The translations under genes and the position numbers were made by a program. Of a stretch of 64,000 bases of DNA, positions 1 through 10,100 are shown one piece after another. The notes below the pieces were generated by a model. It ran no database searches. It had not been told where the DNA came from and saw only the letters and a program-made list of their open reading frames with translations. Source of the DNA: Ascidiella aspersa (lineage: Eukaryota); contig OZ004607.1 in the NCBI GenBank assembly GCA_963924565.1, positions 12,338,001 to 12,402,000 of the forward strand. Reading direction: 5' to 3'. Every line of letters begins with the position of its first letter. Position 1 is the first letter of the stretch.

Positions 1-477
1 TTAAAACACTTGAAGAGAGAAAAGAAGGCAATAAATTCGGCGAAGGCGCAAAATTTACCACGAGAATCATGTAACACAACCTAACGTCAATTAAAGCCTG
101 CAAGTAAATAGGTGGCGTTTTTAGACATCGCTTGACAGGGTTAAGCGGTTGTCCGACAGAATTATACCGGGAGGAATTCAGCCCTGCGTAGATTTTTGTC
201 TCGTATCGTACTTTGATGACCCCGGCTTGTTTCGCTTGGGATGCAGTGGCGGCTTGTGCATCGCAACTTTCACCTTAGATTGCGGTTCGACCTTTGGCGT
301 AATAGTTGTTGCCGCTTTTACGCACTTCAACAGGTTTACGTGGTTCCGGTGGCCCGGGCTTCAAACCGGCGTTGTCGGCAACGCGCTCCTTCAAGGATCT
401 GCGACGCACGGTTCTGCCGTGATTCCGTGCAACGATATCGGCTGCGGCGATTTTTTGCTGCACATCAGCTCTTTCGC

Positions 478-3400
478 TCAACGTAACGCCGACTGCTTCA
501 GTGGATTTTGATGCATGGAAAAGACTGGCGCGTGCTGTAGAGGTTCTTTCACTCTTGAAGTGTTGCTGTTTAGCAACACTGGATCTCGGTAATGGTCATT
601 CTTGCTACGTTGGCCTGTTCTAGTTAGAGTGCCATTTTGAAAAGCGTATTCATCCTCTTGGTTGTTGGGTCTCTGGGAAGATCCTCTGTTGGATGATTGC
701 ATTTTTTGAGCAGCAGAAATGTTCCCGATTTGCTTTGGCGGCACAGGTTCCTTTTGAATTATTTCAACGGTTACTTTACATTGTTGAATTGGTGAAAGAA
801 CATTTAAGTTGGCTTCTCGACTTTTTTTTGTTGTACCGCATAATATCTGCGCAGACTGTCGGTTGGCAATTCGCCTCATTCGCGCTGCTGAAAACTTGTT
901 GCCTTGCTTGGGTGGTGTGGGCGCAACGATATACTTAGTGGATGATGATATTTGTTCTGTTTGAAGCGGTGAACGCGAGGTATGCTTGGTAGATTTCACC
1001 GTTTCTTTACAAATCTGCCCTCTATTTGTAGTGCGCGTTTTGTGCTGGGCAAAACCAAGTTTGCTTTGCCTAATTGAAGCAGATTCCTGGTGGTTTAAAA
1101 CGTTTGCAGAGGGAGATGTTGCGTATTTATTTTGCGTAGTTCCATTTGTGTTTTCTTTCAACAAAGATTGACGCTTTAAAATTCGTCTTTTCCGAGCTGC
1201 AGACATTTCCCTGTCTTGCGTTGGTGGTCTGGGTTCTTTGTATTGCTTAACGACACTCGCTGCTGAATATTTCTCGCTTTGAACTTTAGCTGGATTAACT
1301 TCTGTGATTTCCTGTTTTTTGCATAAGTTGAGTTCAGATTGGCGCTTGAGAATTCGTCTTTTGCGTGCTGCAGATAAATTCCCTTCGTGACTTGGTGGGA
1401 CAGGGGCCATCATCGGACCACAAATAGTTGTTTGCCGACGCGCACTTTGAATTCTCTTGAACTTTTTCGCAACACACGATTCATTACTTGTTTTTAACGT
1501 GGCCGTTGGAGGCTTATAGCTGAAGAGAGTGTTGTCCTTAGAGAGGCAGGTTTTAATTTTGTGAGGTGTTTGAGTCTGACAAGGCTTGGAGTTAAGCTTA
1601 ACAAGCTGGTCAACAGTTTGCGGTTTTAAAGCAGCGTTGTTTGCTTTCTTCGATGCAGTGTCTTTTGATGACAGTGGTTTGACATTTGGGATGGTGGAGC
1701 TTTCCTTGACTTTCTCAGGAGAAACTTGGATGGTTTTCAAACACTTCGGCGCTAATCTTTTCTTTATAACCACCAGTGGATTTATATCTGTGAATAAAAT
1801 TTGCCAATTTTAGCAGAGTAACGACAAATCCAGATATTTGTGACATTCCGATTGGCACTAAATGAAAACTGCTAGCGAATATTTTTTTCGTAAACGGACA
1901 ATATTTAGTTAAATATTTCAGGAATTTGTGCACCAAATGATTGACAGCTGTTTCACTGAATTAAGATACATCAAGCTGCTGGCACAGCAGGACATATAAA
2001 CACATGGTAGCATTTGTATATAAATGTCCAAAATTTAACAAAAATGATGACGCCTGGGCAGACCAAATTAATTTGGGCAAGTGTCGTAGGGTTTATGTTG
2101 TATAATCATATTGTTTAACTTACCACTAGCCTTTAGGATCCGTTCTTGGACTTGATTTACCTCTGCACGTTTAAGTGGAGGTTGGGCCTGCTGTGGGACA
2201 GTAGTTTCTAAAGAACATAGAAGAAAAAAAAAACAGATTAAGACCTGGTCTAAAACATTTCATGACTAAGGTAATGATAGTGATATGCAATTGAGGATCT
2301 GAGAAAACTCATAATGTGTACAAAGCCACGATTTTTTAAGATATGTCAACGAAAAAAACAAACAGTCGCTTACCAGTCACGCATGGTTTGATTTTATTGG
2401 CCGACCGTGAAAGTTGTTCTTTACAATCGGTAAGACGGGGCTGATGTTTTATCATGTGTGCTCCTACAGTTAAAAAAACATGATTTTTCTGTTTTCTACG
2501 GACCACTATGTAATAACGTTTGACACAACCGAGCCTACCGTTTTCACGAGACGGTTTGGATTTTTCTTGTAGGCTTTTAAACTTTTGCTTGTCCCTCGAT
2601 GATAATTTCTATAAAATGAAAATATGGGTAATAAAGTCTTTAGTTCTACCTGAAAACGATAGAATAAACCGACCAATCTACCTTCATCAAGTTTTCTTGG
2701 CCATCTTTAATTTTCTTCAAGTTATTTTGAATCTTTGTGCTCTGCAATAAAAATACATTAATGTATTAGCACTGAAAAACAACAACATGACGACGTTGTT
2801 TCAAGTTACCTTCTCTGTGGGGATAATTGGAGTTGTAGCGTTTATCCTTGCAGGTCGCAATCCATAAGGACGACACTGCATGAAAAACAACACGCTAGTT
2901 AAAAAGGAAAATGTATATATTTGCATGTAAATATATTTTCAATGGTTTTACTTACATGCTCCAATTGGAGTTTGTCAGTTAAAAGCTCGTATGATTCGCC
3001 TGGGACCTTTGGTAGCGGTCGATTATATCCATGACGATTGTAGTACGAATGAACGGCAGACTTTTCTGTTTTCGGAGATATGTGTTTCTTTGCTGAAAGT
3101 GCAAAAATGTGAAGATTAGCGCCGATCCTTTCGTGCATTCTAGTGATACTTATCCGGAAGAAGATGTTTGGTGAAAACCACAGACAGTTTGAGACAAAGA
3201 CACTACGAAATGAATGATTGGAGATATGTTGTTACGAAATCTGTCGGTCTCACCAGCAGATACAAGGTGTCCAACCAACAAAACGCGGAACAGAAAGCCC
3301 TTTGTTCATACAACAACGAATGTTAGAATTTAAATTTTAGTTAAAATAAACATTTACCATTGTTACGAACCAAATTCTTCGCTTTAATATTATAATACAA

Positions 3401-6298
3401 TTAGGCATGGTTATTAAGTTGTCTACTTTTTTATTATGTAAATACCTGTTGGTGGGTAATTTTCATCAGTATCCAGTTTAAGTTCTTCCTTTGATTTTTT
3501 ATCCTTAGTCATATTTTTTCGTTTTTTTCTTTTAATCAAACCGGACTTGGTTCCTTTTTCGGATACCTAAATATCGATTTAGTGTTGATTAAGCAAACAA
3601 CGTTGTTATACATATCACAAATAAACCATAAAACTGAAAATTTACTTGATATTACAAACGAGTTATTACCTTGTCTTCCTCCTTAGAATTTTGTTTTTTC
3701 GATTCTTTTTTGTACGATTTGGGATAAAACCCAAGAATGTTCTGCCGACAACTCGCCAATTCCATTTCTTTATCGTGAGGATGACGAAAGAATATGTTTC
3801 TGTACCCTTCAACGTCAACCGTGTTGTAATTTTTAAGGGAACGCTCAAAGCCTTCTTTCGCCAGAAATTCATTGTCAAGAATTGCAGCCCATCTGCTCAG
3901 CATTGGAAAGTCCTTAACAACTCGCTCAACGAGGCCAATACCAAGGGTTGGCTCTTCCACGTCCGGACACCAAGCCCAGGGATCTTTAAGGGCTTTAAGC
4001 TTGGCAGTTTTGTTTCTTTCAACAGGTAAGGTATCGGTTTCAGGCGACTCGTTTCTCTCAAATCTCCAAACCTCATTGACGGTAACTCCCCCTGTGTCTT
4101 TACGCGGAAGACTGACCATGATTCCTGCATTACGCAAGTCTTCTGCTTTGCAACCATTTTTGAGGAGAAACTTGCGCCGTTCAAGCAGCAGCCTTTTACG
4201 TTGGTAGAGGTAGTTTCGCACGTACGTCGCTTGAAATCGGTAAACTGAGAAAACATAAAAGAAAACTTGCAATCATATAGATCACATTAGCTTATTTCGA
4301 ATCCCACAACACTTACCCAAATTATCAGCGATATTTCGCAGATGTTTCGTACTTGGAGGTGATTCCTAAAACAATAAACTTGGTTTAAAACTTGAAATTG
4401 TCTTTTGATTTTTGTTACAAAACAGAAATAAAATTTTACCTGCACTTTGTATTGCACCAACCACTGATCCCCTACAATTTTGTGAACTGTTGGCCTCTTT
4501 TTTGGAGTCGTTAGCATACGACTGATCAACTCCTTACATTCTGATTTAAATATTTAATAAAAATTTACCAACAGGTTAACTTCCACTTACAGTATGCTTT
4601 ACATGCAATATAATTACCAGAAGAAAGGCCTTCCCGAAAAGGCAATGGTTCGCCTTCTGATATCAAAATTTCTTTTTGAATGTCTTGCGATGTTTTACCC
4701 TTGAACGGATAACGTCCGTTTGTAAGCAGAAAAAGAATCACTCCCCTGCAAAACAAAACAAAACTAACCTAATAACTTGAACATTTTTGGGCCAAAAGCT
4801 CACTTTTCGATTTTTTGCCAATTATAAGAATATTACTTTACTTTGTTTTGAATGTTTGTCAAAGTAGATAAAAAATCTTGACGGGCAAAGCTACAAACGA
4901 TATACGTACATGCTCCACACATCAGCTTTCAATGGATCGTACGGATGTTTGCGACTATCGAAAATCTCGGGTGCCGCGAAGCCGGGTGTGCCACAAGGAG
5001 AAGAAGTGACGAAGCTTCGGCTGTTTTTATTTTTATCGCAGCCAGCAATCGAAAAACCGAGATCGCACAGTTTTATTTGCCCGTCACCTGTTACCAGAAT
5101 GTTGTCCGGTTTTAAATCCCTGCAAGAAGATAGTATCTTACCAAATCATATAATTGGCAATACTAATATAAAAAGTGGCAATTTAAGTTAACCTGTGTGC
5201 GATATTTCTCCTGTGCAGTTGCTGGACACCTTTGGCGATTTCCCTAAAGTAATGACGAGCCAGGTCCTCTTCCATGTATTGTTCTCCCAGTTGTTTGGTG
5301 GAAATATGGTCTAATAAAGTTTTGGTCAAATCGCCCTTGGCCGCGTGTTCAAAAACAAGAAATATTCGCTTGCATGACACGAATATGTCCAGCAACATTA
5401 CCTGGAATTAAATGCCAAAAAATACCAAAATGTTATTACGGAAAAGTAAAAACAAATTTCGTTTCACTTACAATGTTAGGAACACCAAAACACTTATTGC
5501 AGTTTCCTATTTCAGCGGGTAAGTATGTGGCAAAACCTCCAATGCTATTGGCTCCAACATCCGCATAATAGATCTTTATTGCGACCTGACAAAATATATC
5601 TGAGTAGAACCGTGTAACACATGATCATCAATTAATAATATCCTGTTAAATAAAGTTATTCTATAAAACAATCATGAGGTATACAAAATGCGAAAAGTTA
5701 AAGAGTTATTTTTTTCATTATAGAATGATTAATGCATTTACTAACATTATAAATGCTAAGAACTAATACATGCTCAAGGAAAATACATTAGCCAAGTATG
5801 TATATTACGTCATAAAAGTCAAAATACAATTTGAGGCAAAACGGCAAACTGGGTCACGTGATTATTATCATGGCAACAAAAGCGAAAGTATCAAAAAATG
5901 GAAATGAAGAAACAAACTATCTTGAAATTCGCAACACATTAATTAATAAAGAATATAACCGCGTTGAACGAGATTTTACAAAGTAATAATGAAAGTTGCA
6001 AGCGTTTTTGGTGTTTACATCGTTGTTTAGTTTTACCACAATCTATAAATGAAACTTAAGTGTTGACTGTTATGTTTTAAAAGCTAGACAACAAATATTT
6101 GCGAACCTGGAGTTTTTCATCTTCTTTCCTAACCAAGTTCAGCTTCTCTGTGGATCTAATTTTTCGCTCAGTTGGTTGGGCCAAAAACACTCTTCCCGTA
6201 GCTCCGCCTCCCAAGTATTTATCGGTCATCTTGTAGCCATGATCAGCACAGATTCTTTTCTCCTTCTTCAGAAGATACTTCCTTACCTGTGTATTCAT
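478..6298 (-). CDS. TSSK-like (CAMK-group) Ser/Thr kinase with long basic repeat tail, ~1204 aa, nested antisense in an ADAMTS intron (copy A; last exon frameshifted and shortened relative to copy B)
   Basis: Phase-consistent GT-AG exons (minus strand): 6298-6107, 5585-5472, 5401-5193, 5119-4910, 4745-4618, 4540-4440, 4365-4317, 4244-3670, 3566-3446, 3299-3254, 3202-3150, 3092-2956, 2875-2810, 2741-2682, 2608-2539, 2463-2374, 2207-2124, 1787-478. Kinase motifs: [56 protein letters not shown]. The kinase domain is certain; joining it to the tail relies on my splicing. Confidence 0.8.
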
Positions 6299-6469
6299 TA
6301 TCTCGAACAAAATGCCACCAAATCGCAGCAGAATTAACAAAATCGCTTTCAATATGATGATAATAATCACTTTTTCAACAGCTCTTAATTTTGCTTCCTC
6401 TCTCTACAATCTCATAAATCTCAAATAAAAATTTTCTAAATTCAATAAATCGTTCAATTGTAACCAAAT

Positions 6470-6486
6470 GTAGCATGGTGACGTAA
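6470..6486 (-). promoter_or_regulatory. Candidate overlapping RFX X-box / CRE in the kinase promoter (copy B 44960-44976)
   Basis: GTCACCATGCTAC (minus strand, X-box-like) overlapping TGACGTAA, ~170 bp upstream of the kinase ATG. Motif match only. Confidence 0.35.
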
Positions 6487-7104
6487 CAAGGATGTTTGTT
6501 GAGTCCTGCTAAAGTATTAACCGTTAATGTTAGTTCAAGTAAAAAGTTCTGTATGTATTTATATACTAGGGAGCAAACTGTTTAAATTATATTTTGGTCT
6601 CTGGTTCGGTTTTGGTTAAAAGTAATTTATAAAATTCGGTTCAAAACGATTTTGTTTCAAGCCATTTAAAAGAATTCGGCTACGGTTCGTTCAAAGTTGT
6701 ATTAAAACTAGTTTGCAAGTTTTGGTTATAGATAGAGGCAGCTGAAGGTTGTAAACAAGTACATATTCGGTCTGTCTACTATGCTTTCAAAGGACACTTA
6801 AAATGCCCAAAATTGTTCCTTTTTGCTATTATTTTATGATATTCATTGCATTTTCCCGCTTTTTTGTCTTTTTTGCTGTTACTTTTTTTCTGAGACACTA
6901 CTGTAGTTCCTAAAGATCTCAACAATTAGGGCTCCCAAACACCAAAATGTCTGACTTCTAGACCTTGAAGTTGTTGTCAATGTACTAATTAGATCTTTTA
7001 GGTAAACCACCGGCATACATAAAATACAATTATATTGGATGAATATTCACAAAAATAAAAAAGGAAGACACCAAATTTTTTTGAAACAAATTTGTTTATT
7101 GTAG

Positions 7105-10100
7105 TATTGGGATTCGAAGCTGACTTTGGCTGGAACCACTTTTAAATACGAACGGATGAACCAGATTTTGGACAACATTACTGCAGAGGGTCCAATTACT
7201 TTTGACATCGAGGTTATGGTAAGTTTTCGTAAGTTTACCAAAGAGTTTGAGTAAAACAAGAAACAACGTTAAATTTGCTCAGCAAAAACAAACTTTTAGC
7301 ACTTATTTAATGGTTTGCCATCAAGAAATTGTGTAAGGCCTACCTTATTTCTGGATTTACGATCTATCATTTTCTTTTTTCAAAATACTAAGAAATGCAA
7401 AATATTTCAAAAAACAGCTATGTGATAATGTTATCTGGTATTATCAACACGTATTTCTCCTTTATGTTCTTTCTATAACTAAGATTTTAATTAAAAGTCA
7501 TATTTACGAGTTTAACAATTTTTTATTCACTAGTTTTCGCTTTGCCCAGGTACTTTTCGTCGAACCAAACCCGGGAATCGAAATCACCTACGTCATGCCG
7601 CACAACGTCACTTCCGTGTTCGCCGAGGAGGAACCCAACTTCCGGTGGATGATGCAAGAGTGGGGGTCATGCTCAAGGTCATGTGGCAAAGGTAAGGCCA
7701 AGTCGATGTTTAAAGTAGCCTACATTCACGCAATGCTTGTAGTTTTGTTTATACATTTTTTCAATATTTAAGAAATAAATTCAATGCCCTGAACATTCTA
7801 TGACGTATGTGGTGTTTCACCAGTATCGGTTTGATTGCTGCTATATAATGCCTTAAAATGGTCGTTTCAACGCACCTAAATCTGTTTGTCCTTTTGTCCG
7901 TTTGAACTAATAATATTTGCTTTTATGAGCAAAAAGCATTAATTTTACCAACTGCAATTAAAGTGAGAGTTTTACTACAACTATTATCACAAGAATTCGT
8001 CTTTATTTGCCATATTTTTTCATACTGATATATAACGATTTGTATACTTTGTAATTTACCAATTAAGGCGTTCAAATGTCGATGGCGATCTGCATCGAAA
8101 AGAAGGCTGGTACTGTCGACGAGGATTTCTGTGACGCAACAAAGCGGCCCGATGACCGCAGGAGAGCTTGTCATCACCAGCCCTGCCCAGCCGAGTGAGT
8201 TGTGCAACGATTCAATCTATGGATTTTGCGTTTGTACAAGTTTTAATTGACACTGTAAACTAGACAAACACTTGGCGATCCTGGATTACTACGCGTAGCA
8301 CGTAGTACCGACTACAACGTTGTAGGCTTCCACGAAATTGTAAAAAAATATATACTACTGCTAGGCTATTTGACGGACTATATCTTCATTTTACTAAAAA
8401 GGTTTCCCAAACAAAGCATTTTAATACACAATAACGCTTTTTGTCCGAGCTATTTAGTTTAAAGATATTTTCATACAGGAGAATAAACTAGTCGTTCTTT
8501 ACTGGCTGCTGATTTTCGTACATAATATTTCTTTCCAAAAATATATCAATGGCCATTGTAAATATTCAGACTGTTCAATGTCTCTGCATAATTTTCCGTT
8601 AATTCACACTGTGTTGCATCAATCATCGTCGGTCCTGTTGATGAGTGTTGAACTGCGAATAATGATTACCGTGTTGCATTCGAAACGTTTGCAAATTAAC
8701 AATGTTGGTTAAATATATCAAGGAGGTTTTTGAACCTTAAACCAAAAACGTTTCAAAACTCATTTTCAACCACGAAGCGTTGCATGTAGCCAATGTCAAT
8801 CTACTTGTCGCGCAGATGGCTGGAAGGTCCTTGGCAGCCATGTTCCATCAGCTGCGGCGCAAAGATAGGCCGGCGTCGCCGCACCGTGGTATGCATACGG
8901 AGCCTGAGCAACGTAGAGCAAGTGGTGCTTAAGGGAAGGTCGTGCCGCAAGCTGCCCAAGCCCAAACGGGTCAAGTTGTGTCCGGCCGCTAGCCGACAAC
9001 CCTGTCCGATGTGGAGGGCAGGGAAATGGAGCAACGTGAGTGCAAACCCTTTGAAAAATTATTTAAATTGTTATTCTGCTAATTTTGTGACGAAGAACGA
9101 AATTCCTATACACCATTTAGGGCCAATTGAAATACAATAGTTTTGAATTATGGAAAGCAACCAAACGTTTGTGTATTGTTGAATTATATTTTGTTTTTCG
9201 TTTGTTATTTTTCGACCGACCCAACGTTTTGTTATTTAAGTATCACTTGGTTGCCTTTGTGGTAATATAGTATATAGGTTTATCTACTTATTTCATCTTA
9301 TCGGGAGCAGACTCCAAGATTACCGTTTTCAAAAACTGAACAATGTTTGACGGCAAACTACTTAGCCTTGCAGTAGACAGAACTTCGATGTTCTATTAAA
9401 TGTGTATAAACTAAATTTAAATATGTATTAATAAACCACAAACGGTGATAAACTCAATTTTTAGTGCTCCGCGCCATGCAACGCAACCGGTTCACGAAAT
9501 CGCACTGTCCAGTGTGTCACATACGTCATCAATGACGTCATTCTCTCGAAGAATACGGTGGACACCCCGGTCGACGACTTCCTGGACGTGGGCCGCGTGG
9601 GCTCCCGCAAGAAAACAAAGGATCCTACATCAAAGAAAAAAGGTGGAGCGCCTGGCGTTAAGGAACAAGAAGGAGGTTCACCTTTAAACCAAGAGGATAA
9701 CAGAGCAGATCATCTAAACGAAGAAATCCAAAGCAATCATCCATCTAAAAATCAGAGCCATTCTTCTCCTCATAAAAAACACAAAGTACCTCCTAAGGAA
9801 GACCAACATCTAACCGAGGAGGAAGTTTACTCCTCAGTGATGCTCAACTCGGACGTTGAGCATCTTACCATGAACAAGGTCCACATCGTCAAGAAGAGGG
9901 GAAAGGCAAGAAAGTGGGGCAAGAAAATGCTCGAAAACCTCCATTATGACGTCGTGGAAGATGGTGATTGTGACGTGGAACGTCGACCTCACGCGACCGA
10001 AGTTTGCCAGGGCAATCCTTGCGCCGTACCGACCAGGTATGTTCAAACGATCGCAATAGAGCTGTTTGTAGTCTTAGGTGTGAATTGACTTTTGGCACTT

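Noticed and set aside
478-1773. 431-aa (and 531-aa at 38626-40221) ORF as a stand-alone gene
   Set aside because: It starts at a GTG just downstream of a phase-matched acceptor at 1787; better explained as the last exon of the kinase gene.
2650-2681. Apparent 32-nt ultra-short intron on the minus strand
   Set aside because: The acceptor at 2609-2610 gives a 73-nt intron with an open frame, whereas the 2650 acceptor plus the next donor would break the phase chain.
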